The notes under the pieces were generated by a model. The model did not search any database and was not told where the DNA came from. It saw nothing but the letters and a program-made list of their open reading frames with translations. From Torpedo marmorata (taxonomy: Eukaryota): DNA of 64,000 nt. Below, piece by piece: positions 36,153-49,376 of this stretch. The stretch is taken from positions 52,452,001-52,516,000 of the forward strand of contig OZ360236.1 in assembly GCA_977017645.1 (NCBI GenBank), in the 5' to 3' direction. A program made the translations under genes and the position numbers. Position 1 is the first letter of the stretch. Each line of letters opens with the position of its first letter.

Positions 36153-36842
36153 TCACGAAAATCTTTAGACACCGTGATTGAAGTAAAAACACAAATGCTG
36201 GAGAAGCTCAGCAGGTCAAACAGTGTCCTTTATGTAGCAAAGTTAGAAGTACATAACCGACGTTTCGGGCTTGAGCCCTTCATCAAAGTATGAGAAAATG
36301 TAGTAGGTTGGGTAGTAACCTACTCCCTGAGCTCTGCCAGCACCGTTCTCCATAGTTTTCACGGAGACTCACAACAAGCAGAGTGACTTTTCTGCCAAAC
36401 GGAGGCCACCTGCTAATTGGAGGAACAATACCTGATGTTCTGTCTGGACACTCTCCAACCAGACGGCATTAACATCAACCTCTCCAGTTTCCATTGGGCC
36501 CCTCCCCCACATCTCTTTTTCCCTATCCCTCTGTCTCCTTTCCTCCACCTCCCCCCCAACTTTCTGCATTCAGAGAGCTAACCCCTCCCCCATCGCTTCC
36601 TAGCTTTTTTTCTCCTGCTCTCCCACCTATATCCTCTTATGACCTCTTGCCTGTGGGCCTGTGCCCCTCCCCCTGTCCCTTCTTCCCTCCTCTCCTCTCC
36701 ACCCCTCATCTTTTTTCAGGCACTTGCCTGCTTTTTGCTCATACCTTGAAGAAGGGCTCAGGCCTGAAATGTTGGTTACCCTTTACCTCTAACAGATGCT
36801 GCGTGACCTGCTGAGTTTCTCCAGCACATTTGTGTATTGCAG
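36153..36842. mobile_element. Penelope-like composite: inverted terminal repeat (36153-36300, -) plus GIY-YIG C-terminus and terminal repeat (about 36400-36842, +)
   Basis: LEEQYLMFCLDTLQPDGIN remnant; hammerhead motif on minus strand at 36252-36292 and a decayed one at ~36746. Confidence 0.8.
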
Positions 36843-37399
36843 GTGACCTTGCTGCTGGCTTCCCTTTGTAAGCAAACTCCCTTGCCCTGTGATTTCTCCA
36901 GCATCTCACATGATGCCAATAATTGGAATGGAAACCAAATCTGAGTGGAATACAGTGTTGAGAACACACTGTTCACAATCTGTTCTCCGGTTTGAGTACA
37001 GGATTTGGGAGTTATCTGCAGAGAATTGAGCAGTCCTGCGTTGACTGCTTTGTAGCTTTCAGTGACACTTAAGAAACAGTATCATGGCCATCAAATGACC
37101 CAAGTATCATCGATGGCTTGGTTCATGCATAATCCTAAACCATGGAATAATTTGAAACTCTCGAGTTCCGTTAGTCTTACTAAACTAATTTAAAATGTAA
37201 CTTATTTTCTATTTCTTTTAAAATAAATTATTTTATTCAGCAATAATTTTCTTGTTTCCCTGAGTCCAAAAAAATCTCCAGGTGAGCAACTACCCTCAGT
37301 GTGAAGCCTCACTGGTCAACCCAAAAATTGCAGGGAGTTGCCAATTATGTCTTATACTCCTGACTTAAATGTAATATTTTACAGGAAACAAGGGTCCAT

Positions 37400-37620
37400 T
37401 TTTTTTTTTAGATATACAGCACAGTAACAGGCCCTCCCGGTCCACGAACCCATGCCGCCCAATTATACCCAATTGAAGGGTGAAAGGAAACTGGAGCACC
37501 TGGAGGAAACCCACACAGACATGGGGAAAACGCACAAACTCCTTACAGACAGCGCTGGATTCAAAACCAGGTCGTTGGCGCTAAAGCAGCGTTGTGCTAA
37601 CCGCTACGCTAACTGTGCCG
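37400..37620 (-). mobile_element. tRNA-derived V-SINE (HE1-like), with internal deletion
   Basis: AAACTCCTTACAGACAGCGCTGGATTC and CTAACCGCTACGCTAAC blocks. Confidence 0.85.
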
Positions 37621-38345
37621 GCATTTTGGGAGATACCTTTGAGAACTACTAAAATGGACAATCCATTGCTATCTCTCAGTCCAGGATAATATTGCATATC
37701 AATCACCACGTTTCGACAGATTTGAAATTTTAAAAGCAACAGTTACCCCTCTGAGGAAAGCTGATTCATAGTGCACTTTTATCAAGTACAATCTTAAGAC
37801 ATTAAAACAATTTTATCACAAAGAGGGTTGATATGATTCCCTGTCCAAAAAAAAGCTGAGTTAATGCGGCACTGTGCCAGTTATGTGAAGGAATGTTTAC
37901 CTCAATAGAAGGCCAAGATAACATACACGATAGAATAGGCCTGGGAGACCTCGTATGTACAAAATTCTGTAGGCAGCTGGACTGTGGATTGCAAGGGTCA
38001 GTTGCATTTAGAAAGGATCGTGGGATAGCAAAAGTGAGGGGCTGAAGAGTAGAAGGTAAGATCAAGGGAGGGATACAGAAGTTCCTGCTATATTCTGTGG
38101 TTTGGATGGGTTGCCATCAGGGTCAAGTTTCTCTGGGCAATCTCTTTGTTTTCACTGGAGTTATGGTGGAAAATACAGTGTGTTCCTTAACCTTGCAGGA
38201 TTACACCATCAATGTCATTGAAATTCTGTCTCTGAATGCACCATGTAGTAGTATACCAAAGGAAATTCAGCAATTGGTGATAAGTATTTCTTTCTGAGCC
38301 TTCCATGTGTGCCATGTTCATGTACACCAAGTTTGTCATGTCATA

Positions 38346-39688
38346 CCCAAGAAGAGTAGTGTGAGCTGCCTCAACGACTACCGCCCAGTTGCACTAACTT
38401 CTACTGTGATGAAATGCTTTGAGAGGCTGGTCATGGCCAGAATTAACACGTACCTAAGCAAAGATCTGGACCCACTGCAATTCGCCTATCGTCACAATCG
38501 CTCCACAACAGATGCAATATCGCTGGCTCTCCACTCAGCTCTGGATCACCTCGAAAACAGCAATTCATACATATGGCTGCTCTTCATCGACTACAGCTCG
38601 GCCTTCAATACCATTATTCCCTCAGTGTGCTGGTCAAGAAGCTACAAACTCTAGGCCTCTGTACCTACCTCTGCAACTGGATCCTTGACTTTCTCATCGG
38701 AAGACCACAGTCAGTACGAATTGGAAACAACGTCTCCTCCTCACTGATTATCAACACAGGCGCACCCCAAGGATGCGTGCTTAGTCCACTGCTCTACTCA
38801 TTATACACCCATGACTGTGTGGCCAGGCACAATTCCAATGCCATCTACAAGTTTGCCGATGACACCACAGTTGTCGGCAGAATCAAAAACGGCAATGAGG
38901 AAGCGTACAGGAGGGAGATAGATCAGCTCGTTGAATGGTGTAACGACAACAACCTTGAGCTCAACGTCAGCAAAACCAAGGAGATGATTGTGGACTTCAG
39001 GAGGAAGTCAGGGGAACACGACCCAGTCCTCATCGAGGGCTCAGTAGTGGAGAGGGTCAAGAACTTCAAATTCCTGGGTGTCAACATCTCCGAGGATCTG
39101 TCCTGGAGCATCCACATTGATGCAATCACAAAGAAGGCTCGTTAGCGGCTATACTTTGCGAGGTGTCTGAGGAGATTCGGTATGTCACCAAAGACTCTCG
39201 TAAACTTCTACGGGTGTACCGTGGAGAGCATTCTGGCTGGTTGCATCACTGCCTGGTATGGAGGCGCCAACTCTCAGGACAAGAGTAAACTCCAGAGGGT
39301 TGTTAACTCGGCCTGTGACATCACAGGCACCAAACTTCACTCCATCGAGGACATCTACATGAGGCGGTGTCTTAAAAAAGCAGCCTCTATCCTCAAAGAC
39401 CCCCACCACCCAGGCCATGCCCTCTTCACTCTGCTACCATCAGGAAAAAGGTAGAGGAGCCTAAAGACGAGCACTCAACGGCACAAGGACAGCTTCTTCC
39501 CCGCTGCCATCAGATTCCTAAATAATCAATGATCCAAAGACACTGCCTTACTTTTCGTGCACTATTGTTTAGAATTTTTTATAGTAATGTCGTAAGATGG
39601 TTATAATATGAATGTTAATTGCACTGTGATGCTGCCGCAAAACACTGAATTTCATGACATGTTCATGACAATAAATTCTGATTCTGAT
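38346..39688 (+). mobile_element. Rex1/Babar LINE (family B), 5'-truncated, young
   Basis: [43 protein letters not shown]; tail TGACAATAAATTCTGATTCTGA. Confidence 0.95.
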
Positions 39689-39869
39689 GTGCATGTCAAC
39701 CAAGTCTGATGTCATTGGTGCACATCTTGCTTGGCCTGCAGATGGTGCAGGTGAGCCATGTATTGGCAGGGCTTCACCACTCATGCTGGGTCCAGTCTTA
39801 TGTGATGACCTGCTGAGTCGGGGCCCTCACCCGTGGAAACCTGCACTGCCTATCGGCTTCATGTCACTG

Positions 39870-40550
39870 AAATAAAAATAAACTCACAAAACGCTGGAAA
39901 CACTCAGCCGGTCATGCAGCATCTGTGGAAACGAAACTCAGATAATGTTTCAGGTCAGGTAAACAAGAAGTCTGCAGATGCTGGGGTCAAGCGCAGAACA
40001 CAGAAGTGCTGGACAAACTCAGCAGGTTCCATAGAAAGCAATAAGCAGTCAACGTTTCTGCCTGAGCCCATCTTTAGGTGTGTTCCTGAATATAACTCAC
40101 CTGAAGAAGGGCTCAGGTCCATATCATCGACCTCCTATTCCTTTCTCTGGATGCTGCGTGACCTGTTGAGTTTCTCCAGCATAGGGGCAGCACGGTTAGC
40201 ATAGCGGTTAGAGCGAAGCTGTTACAGCGCCAGCAATTGGGACCGGGGTTTGAATCCTGTGCTGTCTGTAAGGAGTTTGTACGTTCTCCCCGTGTCTGCG
40301 TGGCTTTCCTCCGGGGGCTCCGGTTTCCTCCCACCGTTCAAAAACATACCGGGGGTTGAAGGTCAATTGGGTGTAATTGGGCAGCACGGACTCGTGGGCC
40401 GAAAGGGCCTGTTACATTGCTGTATGTCTGTATGCTTTGTGTACTGCAGTGTTTCAGGTCAGTTCTCTGTTTCTCTTTCCATGGATGCTGCCTGATCTGT
40501 TGAATGCTTCCAACATTTTCTGTTTTTATTTCAGATTTCCGGCATCTGAG
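39870..40550. mobile_element. Nested Penelope-derived foldbacks (inner element 39959-40449 inside an older outer one)
   Basis: 13-bp TSD TGTTTCAGGTCAG at 39946-39958 and 40450-40462; both have inverted GCTGGA.A.ACTCAGC / GCTG..TGA.CTGTTGA arms. Confidence 0.75.
40184..40433 (+). mobile_element. tRNA-derived V-SINE (HE1-like) inserted in the inner foldback
   Basis: GGGGCAGCACGGTTAGCATAGCGGTTAG head, V-domain, tail GGCCGAAAGGGCCTGTTAC. Confidence 0.9.
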
Positions 40551-40635
40551 TTTTTGTTTGATTTTAATCAACTTTGGATAATTGTTTCTTTGATCATGGA
40601 TCAAACTCTCCCCACAGCTCCTCATTATGTCTTAA

Positions 40636-43600
40636 CTTACAGCATCCACTCCACTACTCCCACAAACCTTCCTCACGATCTACCCACTTACAGCATCCAC
40701 TCCACTACTCCCACAAACCTTCCTCACGATCTACCCACTTACAGCATCCACTCCACTACTCCCACAAACCTTCCTCACGATCTACCCACTTACAGCATCC
40801 ACTCCACTACTCCCACAAACCTTCCTCGCGATCTACCCACTTACAGCATCCACTCCACTACTCCCACAAACCTTCCTCACGATCTACCCACTTACAGCAT
40901 CCACTCCACTACTCCCACAAACCTTCCTCACGATCTACCCACTTACAGCATCCACTCCACTACTCCCACAAACCTTCCTCACGATCTACCCACTTACAGC
41001 ATCCACTCCACTACTCCCACAAACCTTCCTCACGATCTACCCACTTACACCATCCACTCCACTACTCCCACAAACCTTCCTCACGATCTACCCACTTACA
41101 GCATCCACTCCACTACTCCCACAAACCTTCCTCACGATCTACCCACTTACAGCATCCACTCCACTACTCCCACAAACCTTCCTCACGATCTACCCACTTA
41201 CAGCATCCACTCCACTACTCCCACAAACCTTCCTCGCGATCTACCCACTTACAGCATCCACTCCACTACTCCCACAAACCTTCCTCACGATCTACCCACT
41301 TACAGCATCCACTCCACTACTCCCACAAACCTTCCTCACGATCTACCCACTTACAGCATCCACTCCACTACTCCCACAAACCTTCCTCACGATCTACCCA
41401 CTTACAGCATCCACTCCACTACTCCCACAAACCTTCCTCGCGATCTACCCACTTACAGCATCCACTCCACTACTCCCACAAACCTTCCTCGCGATCTACC
41501 CACTTACAGCATCCACTCCACTACTCCCACAAACCTTCCTCACGATCTCCCCACTTACACCATCCACTCCACTACTCCCACAAACCTTCCTCACGATCTA
41601 CCCACTTACAGCATCCACTCCACTACTCCCACAAACCTTCCTCACGATCTCCCCACTTACAGCATCCACTCCACTACTCCCACAAACCTTCCTCGCGATC
41701 TACCCACTTACAGCATCCACTCCACTGCTCCCACAAACCTTCCTCACGATCTACCCACTTACAGCATCCACTCCACTACTCCCACAAACCTTCCTCACGA
41801 TCTACCCACTTACAGCATCCACTCCACTACTCCCACAAACCTTCCTCACGATCTACCCACTTACACCATCCACTCCACTACTCCCACAAACCTTCCTCAC
41901 GATCTACCCACTTACAGCATCCACTCCACTACTCCCACAAACCTTCCTCACGATCTACCCACTTACAGCATCCACTCCACTACTCCCACAAACCTTCCTC
42001 ACGATCTACCCACTTACAGCATCCACTCCACTACTCCCACAAACCTTCCTCACGATCTACCCACTTACAGCATCCACTCCACTACTCCCACAAACCTTCC
42101 TCACGATCTACCCACTTACAGCATCCACTCCACTACTCCCACAAACCTTCCTCACGATCTACCCACTTACAGCATCCACTCCACTACTCCCACAAACCTT
42201 CCTCACGATCTACCCACTTACAGCATCCACTCCACTACTCCCACAAACCTTCCTCACGATCTACCCACTTACAGCATCCACTCCACTACTCCCACAAACC
42301 TTCCTCACGATCTACCCACTTACAGCATCCACTCCACTACTCCCACAAACCTTCCTCACGATCTACCCACTTACAGCATCCACTCCACTACTCCCACAAA
42401 CCTTCCTCGCGATCTACCCACTTACAGCATCCACTCCACTACTCCCACAAACCTTCCTCACGATCTACCCACTTACACCATCCACTCCACTACTCCCACA
42501 AACCTTCCTCGCGATCTACCCACTTACACCATCCACTCCACTACTCCCACAAACCTTCCTCACGATCTACCCACTTACACCATCCACTCCACTACTCCCA
42601 CAAACCTTCCTCACGATCTACCCACTTACAGCATCCACTCCACTACTCCCACAAACCTTCCTCACGATCTACCCACTTACAGCATCCACTCCACTACTCC
42701 CACAAACCTTCCTCACGATCTACCCACTTACAGCATCCACTCCACTACTCCCACAAACCTTCCTCACGATCTACCCACTTACAGCATCCACTCCACTACT
42801 CCCACAAACCTTCCTCGCGATCTACCCACTTACAGCATCCACTCCACTACTCCCACAAACCTTCCTCACGATCTACCCACTTACACCATCCACTCCACTA
42901 CTCCCACAAACCTTCCTCGCGATCTACCCACTTACACCATCCACTCCACTACTCCCACAAACCTTCCTCACGATCTACCCACTTACACCATCCACTCCAC
43001 TACTCCCACAAACCTTCCTCGCGATCTACCCACTTACAGCATCCACTCCACTACTCCCACAAACCTTCCTCACGATCTACCCACTTACACCATCCACTCC
43101 ACTACTCCCACAAACCTTCCTCGCGATCTACCCACTTACACCATCCACTCCACTACTCCCACAAACCTTCCTCACGATCTACCCACTTACAGCATCCACT
43201 CCACTACTCCCACAAACCTTCCTCACGATCTACCCACTTACAGCATCCACTCCACTACTCCCACAAACCTTCCTCGCGATCTACCCACTTACAGCATCCA
43301 CTCCACTACTCCCACAAACCTTCCTCACGATCTACCCACTTACACCATCCACTCCACTACTCCCACAAACCTTCCTCACGATCTACCCACTTACACCATC
43401 CACTCCACTACTCCCACAAACCTTCCTCACGATCTACCCACTTACAGCATCCACTCCACTACTCCCACAAACCTTCCTCACGATCTACCCACTTACACCA
43501 TCCACTCCACTACTCCCACAAACCTTCCTCGCGATCTACCCACTTACACCATCCACTCCACTACTCCCACAAACCTTCCTCACGATCTACCCACTTACAG

Positions 43601-44562
43601 CATCCACTCCACTACTCCCACAAACCTTCCTCACGATCTACCCACTTACACCATCCACTCCACTACTCCCACAAACCTTCCTCACGATCTACCCACTTAC
43701 AGCATCCACTCCACTACTCCCACAAACCTTCCTCACGATCTACCCACTTACAGCATCCACTCCACTACTCCCACAAACCTTCCTCACGATCTACCCACTT
43801 ACAGCATCCACTCCACTGCTCCCACAAACCTTCCTCGCGATCTACCCACTTACAGCATCCACTCCACTACTCCCACAAACCTTCCTCACGATCTACCCAC
43901 TTACAGCATCCACTCCACTACTCCCACAAACCTTCCTCACGATCTACCCACTTACAGCATCCACTCCACTACTCCCACAAACCTTCCTCACGATCTACCC
44001 ACTTACAGCATCCACTCCACTACTCCCACAAACCTTCCTCACGATCTACCCACTTACAGCATCCACTCCACTACTCCCACAAACCTTCCTCACGATCTAC
44101 CCACTTACAGCATCCACTCCACTACTCCCACAAACCTTCCTCACGATCTACCCACTTACAGCATCCACTCCACTACTCCCACAAACCTTCCTCACGATCT
44201 ACCCACTTACAGCATCCACTCCACTACTCCCACAAACCTTCCTCACGATCTACCCACTTACAGCATCCACTCCACTACTCCCACAAACCTTCCTCACGAT
44301 CTACCCACTTACAGCATCCACTCCACTACTCCCACAAACCTTCCTCACGATCTACCCACTTACACCATCCACTCCACTACTCCCACAAACCTTCCTCACG
44401 ATCTACCCACTTACAGCATCCACTCCACTACTCCCACAAACCTTCCTCACGATCTACCCACTTACAGCATCCACTCCACTACTCCCACAAACCTTCCTCA
44501 CGATCTACCCACTTACAGCATCCACTCCACTACTCCCACAAACCTTCCTCACGATCTACCCA
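40636..44562. repeat. Minisatellite, 77 copies of a 51-bp unit CTTACAGCATCCACTCCACTACTCCCACAAACCTTCCTCACGATCTACCCA
   Basis: 3927 bp = 77 x 51 with no indels; only four variable positions seen. Confidence 0.98.
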
Positions 44563-44934
44563 TTTTCCTTTACTCACTCAGCCATGACAAAGTCAGCAGA
44601 GGAAAGTCCTTTGAAAAGATAAATCGCTTGTGTTCTAGCCTATTGATTATGACTGAAAGCTTCCAAGTCAGAATCCTATCTAAAAACTGACAATTCACCT
44701 TGGGCCTTGCATGCAAAGGTATGATACTGGAATGGTGCTCTAACAAAACATTTGTTGGTCTCCTACATTACATACCTTTCCGGGTGCTGGAGAACCTCCA
44801 GGGTTGTGTATTTTGTCTGATTCTTGTAAGATTTTCACATTTTTCACACAATGAGGAATATCAGAGTTGGGAAACTATAATATTAAGTATATTTATTCTG
44901 AGGCATAGTTTTTCTACACTCAACCCTGTTGGAA

Positions 44935-45390
44935 TCCTTAGTCTCAACAAAGGGACTCGATCCAAAGTGCTTACTGTTAATTTCTCTCCATAGATGCTGC
45001 CTGACCCACTGAGTCCAAACAGCTCTCTTTGTTTGCTCAAGATTTCAGCATTTGCCATTCTTCTACTTCTCCTGACAAATTACCTACAACAGGGAGAAAA
45101 ACTTGTTAAACTTTCACCTTGCTCCATCAACATCTCTCACTCAGATTCAAAAGAGGACACCAAACTGTATCTGTGGTGTGCGAGATTCTCAATTGTGTTA
45201 AAATGTAAAATAAAAACATCAGTGTTGGAATACTCAGCAGGTAAAACAGCATAGATGGAGTAAGAAACAGGATTAATGTTTTAGGTCAATCACCTTGAAT
45301 CAGAATGATTTACCTGCTTTACCTGCTGAATAGTTCCAGCATTTTCTGTTTCTATTTTGGAATTCTAGCATCTACAGTTTTTAACTTGTT
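44935..45390. mobile_element. Two old Penelope terminal-repeat/foldback remnants (about 44935-45065 and 45200-45390)
   Basis: AGATGCTGCCTGACCCACTGAGT and GTTGGAATACTCAGCAGG / CCTGCTGAATAGTTCCAGC arms. Confidence 0.6.
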
Positions 45391-46319
45391 GATCTCTGTT
45401 GTAAAACATATTCTTCCCTTACTGATTAAAAAAAAAACTTTCTTCCTTTGGTGCCTGAAACAGTGTGCAAATCCAGTATTTCTGAGGAAGGGTTGAGTTA
45501 ACCTGATGTATACCTAACAAATCAGTGAGTAAAAGAGTTAACCACTGAGGTTACATAAGAATCTATTTTATATTTGAAAGCTCAACTAGTCAGCCTGCTA
45601 TATTTTTCTTCAGTTGCGAATTCATTTATCCACACAGTAATGCTCTCAATTTTCAATTAATTATCCCGCAGGACTATCATTTTTAATGTTCAGAGCCTTG
45701 AAACATTGCTGGAGATGGTCTCAATATCCCTCAGAGATAGCCAAGGATCCAAAATGTCACTCTATTCAATCTACAAGAAGAGAAGAGTGCACGATGTCGG
45801 GATGCTGTGGTGCAATAGGGAGACTCCAAGAGGCATATTGGTCTTTATTGGTCTATATTATTGGTCTTTATTGGTCTTCAGCAAAGGACACAATACTCAA
45901 ATGGGTTTCATGACTTTTATTGCCAGGGTCCTTGGCAGGAGTGCTGCATTATTGACAGCTTCATGGGCAGAGTTTTATTGCACAACCTATACCAGAAAGA
46001 TTAAGGGGCATCAGTTCTGACAAACAGGATGGGCAGACTACACACAGGAGCTGCAAAAACCCCACATCACTCTGGTGAAATATAACCTTTTGAAAGATGT
46101 AATAAAAGTAAACATGAAGTGTAGGTGTTGGTGGGAAAGTTGGAAGGAAATAGAGATATTTAAGGGGAATTTGGTCAGTGTTTGTGAGGGAGTGGGGTTG
46201 TTGACAGATCTGTTGGGAAGGCATTTGCTAATACCATAAGGTCACATAGCTTCGCCCTACCATGTCCGTGCTGACCATTGCACCATCTGTATTAATCCCA
46301 TTTAACAGCACATGGTCTG

Positions 46320-47003
46320 TTATCACTTGTGGGAGAGCTAGGGACAATGGGGCATTGTTAGAAAATAAGAGGCCACTTATTTAAAACTGAAGTGCATAGA
46401 AATATTTTTTTTCTCAAGAGTGGTGAGTTTCTGTAATTCTCCGCCCTAGAAGGTGGTGGAGGCAAGATTATTCGATACATTTAAGGTGAAGATAGATAGG
46501 ACTGAATAATTGAGAGCATTGGGGAACTGGCAATGAAGGAGAGTTGAGGCCCAGCATAGATATTGAATGGCTGGGCAGGTTTAAGGGTCCTGATCTCCTC
46601 CTCCTGCTCTTATCTCCTTGTGTTCTTGTTTAGCCATCTATGCATTGATGAGTCATGTGCTCATGCAGATACTTTTTAAATGTTATGAGAGTACCTGCCC
46701 CCACCACTTCTCAGGCACTGCGTTCCAGATAGTAAATCCCCTCTGGGTGAAAATAATTTTTTTCAGATATCTTGCTCCTCACCTTAAACCTGTGGCTTCT
46801 GGTTTGAGATGTATGTGTTATGGGGAAAAAAAATCTCTCTATCCATCCTATCTATGCTCCTCATAATTTTATATCCCTACAACAAGTCTCTCCCCAGCCT
46901 CCTCCACATCAGGGAAAGCAAACCTAGCCTATCCACCCCTCCTCCAATCTGAAACATTCCATCCCAGACAACAACCTGGTACATAATCTCTGCACCCCCT
47001 CCA
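46320..47003. mobile_element. Two CR1 3' fragments tail-to-tail (about 46320-46630 plus, 46630-47003 minus)
   Basis: CTAGGGACAATGGGGCAT...ATTTAAGGTGAAGATAGATAG...CTCCTGCTCT, followed by reverse-complement CR1 (ATAATCTCTGCACCCCCTCCAA). Confidence 0.65.
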
Positions 47004-48832
47004 AAGGTGGGAAGAGCAGGGTGGGGCAGGTGGGTGGGGAGATGATCAAGAAGCTGGTGGTCAGAGAGACAGTGGTGGTGCAGGTTGAGGAGGAGTCAGA
47101 ACTGCTGGAGGGAGGATTATTTGGAGGGCAGAAGGAGCCAGGCTATCTAACCCATGTCTGAGCAGCTAATCACAAAATGTCACAAAATGAACTTTCCATT
47201 GTTCTCAATAAGTCAGAAGGTAGAGTTAAGAATTGAGTTATAAAGTATTGTACAGGTCTTTATTCAGTTGGCATGACCTGGTGCTGAAGGACAGTGCTAC
47301 AGTGACGCAATCTCTTCAATGCACTTGGACATCACACTGTCCTGATTGGAGCAGGGGGAAGTAATCTGCACTACTTGATAACGTTTCTCAGCAAGTTAAA
47401 AAAAAGTGCAATTAAAGAAATGACTGTCATGAACTATTAAGCAAAAAAACATATTGACATAATTCTTATCAGTAAAAAACATCCTAAAATAAAGCAGAAA
47501 ATAGCAAATACATTGATATAGAGGCAGCAGAAAGAATGGGATTTTGTTAATTATATGTGGAGGTGCCATATTTGGTCGTGTTTGTGCCTTGTACTATTAT
47601 GAAGCTTCCCAAGGAGATGTGATCTATCATGACATCAAATTCTTGCCATAGGGTAGAGTTTGACTAAGTGTTGGAGGGAACACTGAATCCCTTGGGTACC
47701 AATGACCTTCCTAAGGCAAAACTAACAAGAACTGTGTTATTAGCAAAGAGGAACATACTTCAAATGCTGGGCTTGTCTGAACCCTCCTGTCTTCAAATGG
47801 CAGTTCAGCTCATGTGATTCTTAAGATCATATAGAATGACAAAAGGAGCTTGATGCCCTAATTGCAGGATTAGATGATGATGAGCAAAAGCAGAATGAAC
47901 CATCAGAATCTGCATAAAACACACAGACAAAAGACAGCAAAATTGCAGGGAAAATAAATCATCTTTGCTTACCCTAAAATGGACACTGGAATTTTGGATT
48001 CTCATTCTCTGATCGAAGCATGTTTTGTGTGAACAGAAATTTTGCTTGATTATACTTTTTTTAAACAGAGATATTTTTAAAGAAGACCTGTCATTTTTAA
48101 AAATATTTGGAGAGGAAGAAGACCACGCAAATCACAAATTATCTTTACCTCGTGTGGTAAGCAGGTGATCAAAATTAAATACAGTACTTCACTACTATTT
48201 CCATTACATTTTATATTTGCATTTCAAGGAGCTTCATTATATTCCTAAAATTGCGGCTTATCAGATATCACACTCTTGATAACACAAGGCTGGCATGAAT
48301 GGAACATTTTCTGCACAAGAAAATATTTTGCTTGATTTCAGTATATTCCTCCCTGGCCAGTGTAAAGACAGTGTTAGAGATCAGGTACCTGGCGAAGAAA
48401 CTGCCTGATTTAATTTCTATTGATTTAAGATTGTTGCAGTAATATCTACCAATTTTTAGCGCAGAAAGTTGAAAATTCTCCTTTGTCTCACAGATGCCAG
48501 TGAAAAATCATGTCGAAAGATAAGATAGCAAAGCTATCAATAACATACTGAGCAAACACTTTCCACTCATGAGAATATTCTTCCCTGACCATAGCTTCAC
48601 AGTCAATGTGGTATTATTTACAGTACTCTCAAATACAGACACAAATTAATTTGCACAAATTAAAGTTTGGTGAAATGTCAATTGACAGGTTCTATCCTTC
48701 ATCATGCAGTCTTTTTGTCTTTGTGGTTGACAATGGCTCATAGCATGGAGCACGATGTCTGACATAGAGTTCAAATCTATATTCACATATTAAGAACAAA
48801 TCTTGGCTTGAGAATTCACTGACCAACAAATG

Positions 48833-48956
48833 CTGGCATTTTCTCATACTTTGATGAAGGGCTCAAGCCCGAAACGTCGGTTATGTATTTATACCTTTGC
48901 TACATAAAAGACACTGTTTGACCTGCTGAGTTTCTCCAGCATTTATGTTTTTTACT
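48833..48956 (+). mobile_element. Solo Penelope terminal repeat with hammerhead motif (48845-48885)
   Basis: Nearly identical to 6917-7040, including TTGATGAAGGGCTCAAGCCCGAAACGTC. Confidence 0.85.
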
Positions 48957-49376
48957 TTCTCAATATTTCTTTAATGTCACAGAAAATTGAAACAATAGAT
49001 CAAAAAAATCAGAAATATGTGCAAAAAAGACTTAATTGCTTCGATTGAACTCCAAGAGTTGTGGATTAATTTGCACATATTGTGCACTATAATCATCTGA
49101 GGAATTTTTTTTACAAATTAGATTAGTGTGCTTGTCGCGATTGGCTGCCTCTATCCATGTGAATAATGCAATGACATGAAAAATTAAGTGCAGCGATCCA
49201 ATTCCAAACAAGTGTTAAAACCCAGACACTGTCAGTGTGACATTTACTGTTCCTACACAGTATTGAATCTGATCTCGAGTCTTGGCTGCTGGTTACAGCC
49301 ATCTTTATAGCCCAATACTCTCCCATGTGATCAGTGCTGGAGAACTCTGGTGAACTTCTCCCGATTTCATGTTAAT

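Noticed and set aside
40636-44562. CRISPR array
   Set aside because: Units are contiguous with no unique spacers, there are no cas genes, and the context is eukaryotic.
40377-44690. 1437-aa and 1337-aa ORFs as real genes
   Set aside because: Openness follows from a G-poor 51-bp unit that has no stop in any plus frame. The annotated starts are non-ATG, one inside a SINE. Kept only as a hypothesis in findings.
45836-45878. Four copies of TATTGGTCTT (CCAAT boxes on the minus strand)
   Set aside because: A short slippage repeat with no other promoter features.
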